From: Acidobacteriota bacterium
Lineage (GTDB): Bacteria; Acidobacteriota; CAIWXX01
Reading direction: 5' to 3'
Length of the DNA: 64,000 bases
Assembly (NCBI GenBank): GCA_040755995.1
Contig: JBFMAF010000012.1
Span: 1 to 64,000 of the forward strand
The notes beneath the pieces were generated by a model. The model was given only the letters and a program-made list of their open reading frames with translations. It was not told the DNA's origin and did not search any database. A program made the position numbers and the translations under genes. This document shows, piece by piece, positions 17,649 through 28,063 of this stretch. Position 1 is the stretch's first letter. The number at the start of each line of letters is the position of its first letter.

Positions 17649-18514
17649 TCCATGCTCCCTTCGCCCTCTTCCCTTTGTCCTTTCCCCTTGACCCTTTCGC
17701 CTTGTTTCAGGCCGACTAACCTTCTGCTCACTTCCCACAGTCGCTTCGCGGCCTCCCGGTCGCGGCTCTGTGTGGACGATTCGAGCTCCTTGCATTTCGC
17801 GAAGTACTTGCCCGTGACGCCGGCGACCTCAGGGGAACTGGCGAGATAGACGGACGTCCGTGCACCCTCCTCGACACTCGCTCCGCCCATCCCGAAGCCC
17901 GCGCGCAGAAGCTTGGTGCCGATCACACCCGGATGCAGACAATTGGCGGTCGCGCCGGTGCCGGCCAGGCGTTCTGCCAGCTCGTTCGTGAACAGGATGT
18001 TGGCGAGCTTCGAGAGTGAGTATGCTGAGTAGCCGTCGAATCGCTTCTCGCCCTGGAGGTTGCCGAAGTCGAGCGTGGCCCGGTGATGGGCGACGGAGCT
18101 CACCGTGATCACGCGCGACGGTGCGCTGCGTTTCAGCAGGTCCAGCAGCAGATGAGTCAGCAGGAACGGTGCCAGGTGGTTCACCGCGAACGTCGTCTCG
18201 AAGCCGTCTTCAGTGAGCACCCGCCTCGTCATGTACACCCCGGCGTTGTGGACGAGCACGTGGAGGCGGTCGTACTTCCTCGTCAACTGCGCGGCCAATT
18301 CTCGGACCTGCTTGAGTGAGGCCAGGTCCGCGACGAAGGTGTCCAGGCGCCGGCTCCTCGTGGCCTCCACGATCTCGCTGCGGGCCGCATCGCATCGCGC
18401 CGACTTGCGCCCGTGGACAAGGACCTTGGCGCCCATCCTTGCCAACTCGAGTGCCGTCTGCTTCCCGATACCATCGGTGGCGCCGGTGACTAAAACGACC
18501 CTCCCGTCAAGCAT
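17645..18514 (-). CDS. SDR family oxidoreductase (retinol dehydrogenase-like)
   Basis: Motifs TGATDGIG, NAG, YSLSK and LHPG. Confidence 0.92.
   Translation of the reverse strand: MLDGRVVLVTGATDGIGKQTALELARMGAKVLVHGRKSARCDAARSEIVEATRSRRLDTFVADLASLKQVRELAAQLTRKYDRLHVLVHNAGVYMTRRVLTEDGFETTFAVNHLAPFLLTHLLLDLLKRSAPSRVITVSSVAHHRATLDFGNLQGEKRFDGYSAYSLSKLANILFTNELAERLAGTGATANCLHPGVIGTKLLRAGFGMGGASVEEGARTSVYLASSPEVAGVTGKYFAKCKELESSTQSRDREAAKRLWEVSRRLVGLKQGERVKGKGQREEGEGSME
17657..17703. repeat. Degenerate pyrimidine-rich heptamer tandem repeat
   Basis: CCCTTCG CCCTCTT CCCTTTG TCCTTTC CCCTTGA CCCTTTC. Confidence 0.6.
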
Positions 18515-18567
18515 CAGAATGGATTATACCGCAGGATTGGCACGGCGCAGGCGCCACCTTCACGCGC

Positions 18568-21500
18568 TCAGCGTCCGCCCGCGCGCCGTGCCGCGGCCTT
18601 GCGGGCCACGAGAACGAGTCCACGGGAGCTCGCGTTTTTCTCGAGCGCGCCAAGGCGGTTCGCACCTTCAGTAGCGGCGCCTGCTTTGAGCTCGGCGCCG
18701 GCCAGCTCCAGCTCGGCCTCCATCTGAATGTCGACGCGTCCCGCGGTCGCCGCCGTCTCGATGATCTCCTCGAGCTCCTGCCGGGCCCGAGCAAGATCGC
18801 CCGATGCAACCTGGCAGCAGGCCGTCGCGAGCTTCGCGGCCAGGAGGTAGGCGAGATTCTGCCCCTTGGACGCCTGTGCGATCGCGCGCTTTGCATCGCG
18901 AGCCGCTTCGGTCAGCTTGCCCTGCGCGAGCAGGCTCCTGGCTGCGATCGAGAGTGCCCACGCTTCCTTGTCGCTCGCGTCCTCGGCGCGGTATTCGCCG
19001 GCCGCACGCCGCGCCAGGTTCTCGGCAGCGGGCCAGGCGCTTTCCTCCATCGACAACAGCGCCGAAGCCATGTGACAGTCGGCCACACCCTGCTTCTCCC
19101 CGAGGCTCTCGTGCAAGGCCATCGATTCCGAGTACTTCGCGCGGGCCTGCGCCAGCTCCCCTCGCGCGACGGCCACGTCGCCGAGACCGTAGATGCAGAA
19201 AGCCTGACCGCTCTTCTCGCCCGTCTCCTGAAACGCCTTGAGGGCCTGCGTGTAGCGAGCTTCTGCGGCGGTCACATCCCCCATCGCGAGCATGATCTCA
19301 CCGAGTGCCACCGTGGAGAAGGCGCCAGCGCTTCGATTCCCAATTTCACCGGCCAGCCGCAGGTTTTCTTCCTGGCGGCGCCGCGCTTCCTTCACCTGCC
19401 CCTGCAGGAATAGCGCGTTTGCCAGGTTGCTAAGCACCTTTGAAACCGAGCTCCTTTCGTCTATTGCCTGCAGCGACACAAGCGCTTCCTCGTATGCGGC
19501 AGCGGCGGCCTTGAGGTCGCCCTGGCTGTATGCCACGTTGGCGAGCGTGTTCAGGGCCAGCGCCACGCCACGCTGGTTGCCTATCTCGCGGTACGTGGTA
19601 AGCAGATCGCTAGCCAGCCGGCGGGCGCCTTCGAGGTCGCCCTGGTTGTACAGCATCGATGCCAGGACGTTCTGCGCCTGCGCAGCGCCGTCGCGGTCGC
19701 CGACCGCTTCATAGATGGTGCGGGCCGTCTCTGCGGCGACCTGGGCCGCGGCGTTTTCGCCGAGCTGCCGCAAGGCCCGCGCCTCCGTCAGTCGCGCGCG
19801 AGCGGTGAGCAACCGCGCACCCATCGACTCGGCTCGCGAAGCTGCGGCGGCTGCCGCGTCCCGCTGATGACGGTAATCGGCGAGCGCGTAGGCGGCGTCG
19901 GCCTCGGCGAGGTCGATCCTCGGGTCATCGGAGGCGGGCTTCTGCAGCTTTCGGAGCTGTGCCAGTGTGGCCAGGGCGTCGGTCGCGTGGCCGCCTTTGG
20001 CCTGCGAACGCGCCAGCTCGAGGCCGTACTCGAGGTTGTCCGGGTAGCTCCTCATGAGATCCCCGTAGATCTGAGTCGCCCTCGCCCAGTCGCCCGCGAG
20101 GATTCGGTAGCGCCCTTCGATTGCGAGCTTGCCTTCGGCGCTGAGGGGGGCACTGAGCTCGAATGCCTTCTTGGCCTCGTCCTGCGCGCGGCGGTCATAC
20201 CCGAGCTGGGACCAGGCCAGGGCCAATGCCCAGTGCGAGAAGGGGTAGGTCGGGTCGCTGTCCACGGCCTCCTGCAACGGCTTGATGGCATCCACGGCCT
20301 CGAAGCGGCGGATGCGTTCGAGACCGGCGGCGTACAACCGGGCTGCAGCAGGGCTGGCAGGGAGCGATGCCTGCACTGCGGGGAGCTCCTCGCTGGGCAC
20401 GGCTGCAACGCCGAGGCGAGCGCGCAACGAGCTTCCGGCCGCCGACACGACTTCGAAGAGGCGACTCACCGAGCCCTCCTCGCTCAACAGCGCCACGCTC
20501 TCGCCGGCCGCAGTGTCCTGGATGCGCGCATCCAGGCGCAGCCGGCCGCCCAGGCTCTCGTCAATGGCTACATACGACCCTATGACCACGAAGTCGGCCC
20601 CGAGCTGCTCGCCGACCCTGTGCAGGGTCTCCGTGCCGAGGGTGTCGATGTCGCGTAGATCGAGGTCACGAACGGCTCGCGCGACGTTCTCTCCCGGCAC
20701 GGTGCGCAAGGTGCCGCCCGCTGCGAGCTCGGTAGTGAGCATCTCGGCGAGTGCGGTGGACAGCCATGCCGCATCCGGGCGTCCGGAGCTGTTTCTGAAG
20801 CCGAGCACCGCGACGCTTCGGCGTGCCTTCCCAGCCGATGGGCGTGGCTCCTCACGCCCCGGTACGCTGCCCCGGTGGATCATCCGGCCGATCAGGAGTG
20901 CGCCTGCCAGGGCGAGCATTACGGCGGCAACGATGCCGAGGTTGAAAAATCGCGACCTCGCAGCTCGTATCATTCGTCGCTTCGGCGGCGCCGTAAGTGC
21001 CCGAAGTAGTGCGGTCCCATCCGGCAGGCGGTCTTCGGGCGAGCGGGCCAGGCAGTGCATAACAAGGTCGTCGACTGCTGCGGGCAGATCCGGCACGATT
21101 GCGCTGGGCGGCTTGGGTGTTTCGTTGAGGCGCTTGGCAGCGGCTGCGATCGGGCTCGCCGCCTCGAACGGCAGGCGGCCCGTCAGCATTTCGAACAGCA
21201 CGACGCCGAATGAGTATATGTCCGTGGCCGGGCCCACGGACTTGCCTTCGAGCTGCTCGGGAGAGATGTAAGCCATCGAGCCCATCACGGCGCCCGGTTC
21301 GGTGGCATTCATTGTTGTCGGTGCCGATTCCGAGTCGAGCCCGGGGACTCGAGGGAGAAGTTTGGCGAGGCCGAAGTCGAGTATCTTGACGATGCCCGCG
21401 GAGGTGATGAACAGGTTCTCGGGTTTGAAGTCGCGATGCACGATCCCTTTTGCGTGAGCCGCCGACAGCCCTTGCGCGACCTGCGTGGCCAGCGCCAGCG

Positions 21501-21840
21501 CGTCGTCGACAGGCAGCGGCCGGCCTTGCAACCGCGAGCGCAGAGGTTCCCCTTCCAGAAGCTCGGTCACGATGTACGGGGCACCCTGGTGTTCACCGAC
21601 ATCGTGGATGACCAGCACGTTGGGATGATCGAGCTGCGCGGCCGCGTGGGCTTCGATCTCGAACCGGCGCACACGCTCTGGGTCGGAGGAGAAGGCGGCG
21701 GGTAGCACCTTGATCGCCACGTCGCGATTCAGGCGCGTGTCCCTGGCCCGCCATACCTGTCCCATGCCTCCCTCGCCCAGCAGACCGAGGACCTCGTAGG
21801 GGCCGAGCCGACTTCCGGCCGCCAGTACTGTCGTCATCAA
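18568..21840 (-). CDS. Hanks-type Ser/Thr protein kinase with a TM segment and TPR repeats
   Basis: GEGGMG, VAIK, HRDFKPEN and DFG, followed by a TM helix, SVAVLGFRN and TPR-like repeats. Confidence 0.92.
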   Translation of the reverse strand: MMTTVLAAGSRLGPYEVLGLLGEGGMGQVWRARDTRLNRDVAIKVLPAAFSSDPERVRRFEIEAHAAAQLDHPNVLVIHDVGEHQGAPYIVTELLEGEPLRSRLQGRPLPVDDALALATQVAQGLSAAHAKGIVHRDFKPENLFITSAGIVKILDFGLAKLLPRVPGLDSESAPTTMNATEPGAVMGSMAYISPEQLEGKSVGPATDIYSFGVVLFEMLTGRLPFEAASPIAAAAKRLNETPKPPSAIVPDLPAAVDDLVMHCLARSPEDRLPDGTALLRALTAPPKRRMIRAARSRFFNLGIVAAVMLALAGALLIGRMIHRGSVPGREEPRPSAGKARRSVAVLGFRNSSGRPDAAWLSTALAEMLTTELAAGGTLRTVPGENVARAVRDLDLRDIDTLGTETLHRVGEQLGADFVVIGSYVAIDESLGGRLRLDARIQDTAAGESVALLSEEGSVSRLFEVVSAAGSSLRARLGVAAVPSEELPAVQASLPASPAAARLYAAGLERIRRFEAVDAIKPLQEAVDSDPTYPFSHWALALAWSQLGYDRRAQDEAKKAFELSAPLSAEGKLAIEGRYRILAGDWARATQIYGDLMRSYPDNLEYGLELARSQAKGGHATDALATLAQLRKLQKPASDDPRIDLAEADAAYALADYRHQRDAAAAAASRAESMGARLLTARARLTEARALRQLGENAAAQVAAETARTIYEAVGDRDGAAQAQNVLASMLYNQGDLEGARRLASDLLTTYREIGNQRGVALALNTLANVAYSQGDLKAAAAAYEEALVSLQAIDERSSVSKVLSNLANALFLQGQVKEARRRQEENLRLAGEIGNRSAGAFSTVALGEIMLAMGDVTAAEARYTQALKAFQETGEKSGQAFCIYGLGDVAVARGELAQARAKYSESMALHESLGEKQGVADCHMASALLSMEESAWPAAENLARRAAGEYRAEDASDKEAWALSIAARSLLAQGKLTEAARDAKRAIAQASKGQNLAYLLAAKLATACCQVASGDLARARQELEEIIETAATAGRVDIQMEAELELAGAELKAGAATEGANRLGALEKNASSRGLVLVARKAAARRAGGR

Positions 21841-21936
21841 TTGCTTACTCGACGGGATCGCTTGTTCTCGACATCACCCTGATGTTCTCGCGCTTCTGTG
21901 CGCGAGGGCGGCTCAGGCGCAGCCGCGCATGGAGGC

Positions 21937-22200
21937 TCAGGGGTCCGGCGGCCCGCCCGAATCATCCTGATCGCGCCGCTTTTCTCGCATGACGATCGCC
22001 GTGTGGTGCTTGCCGGGCTCCAACAGGGACTCGATCTCGAGCATCGCGCCGCCGAAAGTGCCCGGGCTTGCCTTCCGCCGCCGATAGAATATCCATCCGC
22101 GAGCCTCCGCCCAGAGCAGGAACCGATCGACCAGGAACAGCCCTGCGCCGGCAGCGATGCTGACTGCCGTCAGCTTGACGATACCCTGAATCGTGATCAT
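21937..22200 (-). CDS. Small hypothetical membrane protein
   Basis: An N-terminal hydrophobic helix followed by DRFLLWAEARGWIFYR. Confidence 0.6.
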   Translation of the reverse strand: MITIQGIVKLTAVSIAAGAGLFLVDRFLLWAEARGWIFYRRRKASPGTFGGAMLEIESLLEPGKHHTAIVMREKRRDQDDSGGPPDP

Positions 22201-22333
22201 GTGAATCGCGGCTTGGCCGCTGCCTTCATTCTACCCCGCCGGCAGGCGGACGTCCACGGTGGGGGATGGGGAGTGGAATTACTACACACGTAGTGACTCG
22301 CGCATCTAGGGACGGCCATAGTAGGATGAAGCA

Positions 22334-23089
22334 ATGGAGTGCGCTCTCGAGTTGAGCGGCGTGACCAAGCGATTCGGGGCTACCGTCGCTGTCGATGGTC
22401 TCGCCCTTCGGCTCGAACCTGGGGTCTTCCTCGGCTTGCTGGGGAGAAACGGAGCCGGGAAGACCACCACGATCAGCATGTGCACAGGGCTGCTCAAGCC
22501 CAGCTCCGGATCGATCCGCGTCCTCGACATCGACGTCGTGGCGAACCCCTTGGCGGTCAAACGACGAATAGGCGTCATGGCGCAGGAGGAGGGCTTTCTC
22601 GACTATCTCACAGGGTCGCAGTACCTCCACTTCGTCGGCCGGGTCTACGGTCTCGACGATGAGGAGACCAAGAGACGGTCAGAGGAGCTGTTCGACACCT
22701 TGGAGCTGGCACCCCAACCTGGAACTCTGGTTCGGGAATACAGTTACGGTATGAAGAAGAAACTGGCACTCTCGGCCGCCCTGATTCATGGTCCTCAGAT
22801 GTTGTTTCTTGATGAACCGTTTGAAGGCATCGATCCGGTGACGAGCCGCACGATCAAGGACATCCTGCTTGGCCTGCATCGGAAGGGCGTCACCGTGCTC
22901 ATGAGCTCGCACATACTCGAAGTGGTGGAGAGGCTTTGCGCGCAGGTCGCTATCATCGACAAGGGCCGGCTGATGGGGTGCGGCACGATGGATCAGATGC
23001 GCGAACGCCACGGCGAGGCGGTGAGCCTCGAGCAGCTGTTCGTGGATCTCATGGGAGGCGCGAAGAGAGGTGAGCTCTCTTGGCTCTGA
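22334..23089 (+). CDS. ABC transporter ATP-binding protein
   Basis: Motifs GRNGAGKTT, YSYGMKKK, LDEP and SSH. Confidence 0.95.
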   Translation: MECALELSGVTKRFGATVAVDGLALRLEPGVFLGLLGRNGAGKTTTISMCTGLLKPSSGSIRVLDIDVVANPLAVKRRIGVMAQEEGFLDYLTGSQYLHFVGRVYGLDDEETKRRSEELFDTLELAPQPGTLVREYSYGMKKKLALSAALIHGPQMLFLDEPFEGIDPVTSRTIKDILLGLHRKGVTVLMSSHILEVVERLCAQVAIIDKGRLMGCGTMDQMRERHGEAVSLEQLFVDLMGGAKRGELSWL

Positions 23090-24636
23090 GGGTCCTCCGG
23101 ACGCTCGTCTGGGCCTACTATGTGAGTGCATGGAACCGCGTCCGGCGCCAATCCGGACTCGGCGGGATCGTCGCGACCGCAGCGACATTGGGCATCGTGG
23201 GTCTCGTTCTTCTGGTCCCCTGCGTCATGATGCTCACGATTGGCCTGAGCCTCGGGCGCGATATTGTGCCGGCGCGAGACCCGGAGGCGCTCTTCTATTG
23301 GAACCTGCTGCAGGCCCTCTTCACAACAGCCTTCGCTTTCCTGGGAGCAGTGCGATACAAGCCGGCGTTCACTGCGCGGGAGATCGGACCGTACCCCGTC
23401 CGGCCCATCTATCTTCTGCTGGCGGAGCTTCCCGCAAGCGTCTTCGAGGTGTTCCCCTTGCTTGGGATCGCGGGGATCTTCTTCTCGAACCTGGGGCTCG
23501 CCGTGGTGATGCCTCGGGCGGGCACCGCAGTCCTTGTCCTGGCAATTCATGGAATCATCGCGATGCTCGCACTCCAGCTGATTGCTGGCAGCCTCAAGCG
23601 GTTTCTGGTGAGACACTGGGTCGTTGCATTAGTTGTGGCATCAAGCTCGATCACGGCCGTGTTCCTCCTGGGGCGGGAGCAGATCAGGTGGCTCGTGCGG
23701 ACCGCTCTCCCGTTCCTGCCCGGATCCATGGCATACATGGGCCTCATGGATCTCTGGCGGGGGCAGGGTTTGGCCGGCGTGGGGAGGATGCTGGGAGCGT
23801 TTGCAGCAACGGGTGTGCTGCTTGTCGTCGCCGGGCGCATGCACTATCGTGAGATCTTCAGTGAAGCAGGCTCGCGGGGATTCCAGCTGACCCGCAGTTC
23901 GGCGCTGAGGTTCGGGTCGCTGGCTTCGGGGATTGGTCGCCTGTTTCTCAAACTGATTCTCAGCTCCAACAGCGGGCGAACGCACCTGCTGATGCCACTG
24001 CTATTCTCGGGACCTGGCGTCGTGGTGCTGTGGGCGATTCGAACGGCTATGGAACAGAAGGAAACCCTTCCCGAGATAATGGTTTCCTACGCTCAATCGA
24101 TACTCAGCCTGCCCCTGCTCGGAATCCTCCTCTTCCTCCTTGTGCCTCTGAACTCAGAAATCTGGATGAACCAGTTCGGCTGGGATCGCGCCGGCGTCCG
24201 AGCGCTCCTGTCGTTGCCGATCTCGCACCGAGACCTGGTGCTGGGCAAGATGTTCGGCCTGCTTCAGCTCACCCTGCTTCAGCTGGCAATCGCAATTCCA
24301 CCCTTGCTCGTGCTCTACACGCCCAGCCTCCGCGAGGTCGTCTGGGGACTCGGGGCCTCGGGTACAGCGTTCATGGTTACGACGGGAGTCGGGCACGTCT
24401 TCTCTGTCAGATTCCCGCGGGCCATAGAGCGAGAGGGCGCGTCTCATCTGCCGCTGTACGTCTCGTGGATCCCGACTGTGCTGCTGCTTCTCATTGGAAC
24501 GATGCTGTATGCTGTGGGTGCGATGCCTCTGGCCCACCTGGCCCTTCTCGGCCTTTCCATCCTGGCCTACATCCGCCTTCTTCCACTAATCGCCGCGCAA
24601 GTCGAGCGCCACCAGGAACTGCTTCTTCGGATGTAG
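23080..24636 (+). CDS. Putative ABC exporter permease
   Basis: Polytopic hydrophobic protein overlapping the ATPase gene, with an NQFGWDR motif. Confidence 0.75.
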   Translation: MALRVLRTLVWAYYVSAWNRVRRQSGLGGIVATAATLGIVGLVLLVPCVMMLTIGLSLGRDIVPARDPEALFYWNLLQALFTTAFAFLGAVRYKPAFTAREIGPYPVRPIYLLLAELPASVFEVFPLLGIAGIFFSNLGLAVVMPRAGTAVLVLAIHGIIAMLALQLIAGSLKRFLVRHWVVALVVASSSITAVFLLGREQIRWLVRTALPFLPGSMAYMGLMDLWRGQGLAGVGRMLGAFAATGVLLVVAGRMHYREIFSEAGSRGFQLTRSSALRFGSLASGIGRLFLKLILSSNSGRTHLLMPLLFSGPGVVVLWAIRTAMEQKETLPEIMVSYAQSILSLPLLGILLFLLVPLNSEIWMNQFGWDRAGVRALLSLPISHRDLVLGKMFGLLQLTLLQLAIAIPPLLVLYTPSLREVVWGLGASGTAFMVTTGVGHVFSVRFPRAIEREGASHLPLYVSWIPTVLLLLIGTMLYAVGAMPLAHLALLGLSILAYIRLLPLIAAQVERHQELLLRM

Positions 24637-24776
24637 GCGCCGATCGAGACCGGCCAGGATCTGCAGACCGCCCAGCTGAACCATCGCCGGCATCGTGGAG
24701 AGGCAGGACGGCAACCGCGAGCTTCTGGTTGGTACAGCGCAGCTTTAGGCAGCGCAGAATATAGTACAATGAGGAG

Positions 24777-27416
24777 ATGCCACCCACGTGTCCGTCATGC
24801 GGAGCCATTGTTGAACGGGAAGGCATCTTTTGTGAACGTTGTGTCACACAGCGTCCGACCGAATCGGAACAGGCTGGAGCGGCGGCCGCGGCCATGGCCG
24901 CCTCCGCGACTCCGGCGCTTGTGCCGGGTGCCCTGCTCGCCGGACGCTACCGGATAATCTCCAGGCTCGGCAGTGGAGCGATGGGGGATGTTTACCGGGC
25001 GGAGGACCAGAGGCTCGATCAGATCGTCGCGCTGAAGTTCCTTCCCGCCAGAGTTGCCAGTGATCCGCGCCACATGAGCCGGGTGCGGGACGAGGTAAAG
25101 GTGGCAAGGCGCGTTTCTCACCCGCACGTTTGCCGTGTCCACGACCTTGGGGAAAGCGAGCGCGGGCCGTTTCTGTCGATGGAGCATATCGATGGGGAGG
25201 ACCTGGCTTCGCTTCTGCGAAGGGTCGGGCGGTTGCCGGAGGAGAAGGCGATCGAGCTCGGCCGCCAGGTCTGCGCGGGCCTGGCAGCGGCACACGCAGC
25301 GGGAGTCCTGCACCGGGATCTGAAGCCCGCCAACGTGATGCTGGATCTGCAGGGGCGCGCCCATATCACCGATTTTGGCATTGCCATCGTTCGGGATGAC
25401 GCCGGCAGGCCCATGGACATTGCCGGAACTCCCGCTTACATGGCGCCCGAACAACTGGCTGGCAAGGTGCCGTCCGAGCAAAGCGATCTTTATTCATTCG
25501 GTGTTCTGCTGTACGAGTTGGTCACCGGCAAGTGTCCTTTTGTGGCAGACTCACTCGACGACCTGCGCAGGCAGCAGCTGAGAGGAGCTCCGGCGCCGCC
25601 CTCCATGCTGGTCAGCGGCGTCGGCCCCCGCCTCGACGCGGTGATTGCCAAATGCCTGTCTGTGGATCCGCACGAACGCCCGTCTTCTGCGGTGGCTGTG
25701 CTTTCCGAACTGATGGGCGGGGACGAAATGGGCGCCGCGCTTTCGGCCGGACAGACACCCTCCCCGCGTGCGGTAGCCAACGCAGTCGTCACAGGCGCGC
25801 TCAAGCCGGCATTCGCATGGGCGTGCTTTGCTGCTAGCTTGCTTTGCATCCTGTTCTGGTTCACGTTTGGGAAACGTCTCAGTCTGGTGGAGCGGGCCTC
25901 GTTGACGTCCCACCCGGAAGTATTGACCGCGCGGGTGCACGAGATCCTGGATCAGCTCGGCAACCGCGCGCAGGGTCTGATCATCGACCGAGGATTCGAA
26001 TATGACGAGCAGGCGATCGAGACAATGACGAGGCGCAGCAATCCGGAACCGAAGGCAATTCCGATTCGATTCTGGTACAGGCAGGGCAGGCAACCGTCGT
26101 TGGGTATCGACTGCAGGAACCTCATCGGCAGCGATTCCCCACCTCTGCAACCCGGCGAGCTGGTCGTGGTCTTGGATCCTGCCGGCCGGCTGATGCGTTT
26201 CTCCCACAACCCGGGTCCTGGCCCAGAGTCGCATGGTGCCAGTGCGCCTGATGACGTGTGGCCCGTTTTCTTCCGTTTTGCCGGCCTGGAGATTCCGCAG
26301 TTTCGAGAAACCAAACCGAAGGTGTTCCCGCCCGTATACGCAGATACGGTCAGTGCATGGGACGTGGTTCGTTCAGGTGAGTCTCCCGTTTCCCGCGTCG
26401 AAGCAGCTTCGGTGATCGGGAGCCCGGTCTACTTCGAGGTGTTTCACAGCTGGCGAAAGGTGTCATTGCCTCCAAGTGCCGGCCTGTGGTCCGTCGGCGC
26501 TCTCTCCAAAGCAGCGTACGACCTGATCACCCTTACGGCAGCCTTGCTGGCCTGGCTGAACCTTCGCGGCGGGCGGGCGGACCGGCGTGGCGCAATGCGC
26601 ATCGCCTCCTGCGTGTTTGTGCTGTACATCGTCGCATGGCTGTGCGGTGCCCATCACGTGCCGGTCATGATCAGGGAGTTGTCGATGCTGGCGCGGGGAG
26701 TTGCGTGGGGGCTCCTGATGGCCTCCTGGATCTGGTTGTACTACCTGGCCCTCGAACCGTACGTCCGGCGTTACTCACCTGCAAGTCTCGTTTCCTGGAG
26801 CCGCCTCGTGATGGGGCGAGCCACAGACCCGATGGTGGCACGTGACATCTTGCTGGGCATGACTGCGACCTGGCTCACCTTCGTGCCAGTCACTATCACG
26901 CTGCTGGGGGCTCAATCGGGCTCGGTTCTTGCCTTCGAAAGATCGCTCCAACCCTTGCTCGGGACACGCTTCTTTGTTGCGGGAGTGGCTGATGCGGTAG
27001 CCGACGCGGTGTACCTCGGGCTGATGTTCCTGTTGCTCCTGCTGCTCGGCCGTTCGTTGATCCGCTACCGGCTCGTGGCCGCCACCGTCTTCGTCTGCAT
27101 GGTTGTAGCGCTCCTCTTCGCATGGGGGACGACCCTATCAGGGCTCTCAGCGGCCGCCGGCCTCATCTTGATACTCCTGTGCGCCTTGCTATGGCTCTTC
27201 GTTCTTGTGCGTCTCGGGTTGCTCGGCATCGTTGCCTCCACCTTCCTCATGACTCTGGGGCTCTGTGTCCCGGACGCGATGAGTCTATCTGCCTGGTACT
27301 CGTTCATCACCTGGTCCTCCATCGCAGTCTATGTCGCACTCGCGGGCTTCGGGCTCTACTTCTCGGTCGGCCCGGGAAAGCTGATCCGCCTCCCCTCTCC
27401 CGACAGACCCGCCTGA
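24777..27416 (+). CDS. Ser/Thr protein kinase with a multi-TM C-terminus
   Basis: N-terminal CxxC...CxxC, GSGAMG, HRDLKPAN, DFG and GTPAYMAPE, followed by many TM helices. Confidence 0.92.
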   Translation: MPPTCPSCGAIVEREGIFCERCVTQRPTESEQAGAAAAAMAASATPALVPGALLAGRYRIISRLGSGAMGDVYRAEDQRLDQIVALKFLPARVASDPRHMSRVRDEVKVARRVSHPHVCRVHDLGESERGPFLSMEHIDGEDLASLLRRVGRLPEEKAIELGRQVCAGLAAAHAAGVLHRDLKPANVMLDLQGRAHITDFGIAIVRDDAGRPMDIAGTPAYMAPEQLAGKVPSEQSDLYSFGVLLYELVTGKCPFVADSLDDLRRQQLRGAPAPPSMLVSGVGPRLDAVIAKCLSVDPHERPSSAVAVLSELMGGDEMGAALSAGQTPSPRAVANAVVTGALKPAFAWACFAASLLCILFWFTFGKRLSLVERASLTSHPEVLTARVHEILDQLGNRAQGLIIDRGFEYDEQAIETMTRRSNPEPKAIPIRFWYRQGRQPSLGIDCRNLIGSDSPPLQPGELVVVLDPAGRLMRFSHNPGPGPESHGASAPDDVWPVFFRFAGLEIPQFRETKPKVFPPVYADTVSAWDVVRSGESPVSRVEAASVIGSPVYFEVFHSWRKVSLPPSAGLWSVGALSKAAYDLITLTAALLAWLNLRGGRADRRGAMRIASCVFVLYIVAWLCGAHHVPVMIRELSMLARGVAWGLLMASWIWLYYLALEPYVRRYSPASLVSWSRLVMGRATDPMVARDILLGMTATWLTFVPVTITLLGAQSGSVLAFERSLQPLLGTRFFVAGVADAVADAVYLGLMFLLLLLLGRSLIRYRLVAATVFVCMVVALLFAWGTTLSGLSAAAGLILILLCALLWLFVLVRLGLLGIVASTFLMTLGLCVPDAMSLSAWYSFITWSSIAVYVALAGFGLYFSVGPGKLIRLPSPDRPA

Positions 27417-27527
27417 TGGAAGCCCGTGTCTGTCGGCTCTCGTAGTCAACGACGACCAGATGGATCCGCGTCCCGAACACCGAAGCCTCCAGCCCCCTCC
27501 CCGTCGAACGCATCGAGCGCCTCGATA

Positions 27528-27557
27528 CTTGACTTTCCGTCAAGCATTAATTAGGCT
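27528..27557 (+). promoter_or_regulatory. Sigma70 promoter with an overlapping inverted repeat (candidate operator)
   Basis: TTGACT-17 nt-TAGGCT. The inverted repeat CTTGAC-5-GTCAAG covers the -35 box. Confidence 0.5.
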
Positions 27558-27603
27558 GATTGGGAGAGGAGAGGATGGTACTATGAAGCAAGAAAGCGGC
27601 TAG

Positions 27604-27996
27604 ATGAGCAAGTACGTGGGAGTCGAAGAACTGGAATGCTGGTTCCTGGTTCCAATCGTTCGCGATTCGGATCGCAAGAAGCAACAACCGATTCTGTGGC
27701 GGCTCCTTGAAGAAGCGTTATGCGCCGGATTTCATGGATGGAGCGGACCTGAGAAAATGGACTGGTTCAGGAAAATGGAACTCGTACCCGGAGGTTGGCA
27801 GCCCGAGAAACTCAACAAGCCAATCCGGGATGAGAGTCGAAAGTACACGGCCTTCGTTCCGCCGACGAGACTCCGGAATCTGTACTCCTTCCTGAAAAAG
27901 GTCGCAAACACATTTGATCAACAGGAGATCCTCTTGTGCGTCGCGGGGCGGCGCAAGAGGATCATCCCGAAGCCGCAAGACGGTTTTCTCGAGTAG
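27604..27996 (+). CDS. Hypothetical protein (130 aa), first gene of a TA-like pair
   Basis: Clean ORF directly behind the promoter. I recognise no family with confidence. Confidence 0.7.
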   Translation: MSKYVGVEELECWFLVPIVRDSDRKKQQPILWRLLEEALCAGFHGWSGPEKMDWFRKMELVPGGWQPEKLNKPIRDESRKYTAFVPPTRLRNLYSFLKKVANTFDQQEILLCVAGRRKRIIPKPQDGFLE

Positions 27997-28063
27997 CTCC
28001 CGTGGACACATCAACCCGTTTTCGCCCCTCCGACGCGGGGCCCCTCTCCCTGGGAGGCTAAGC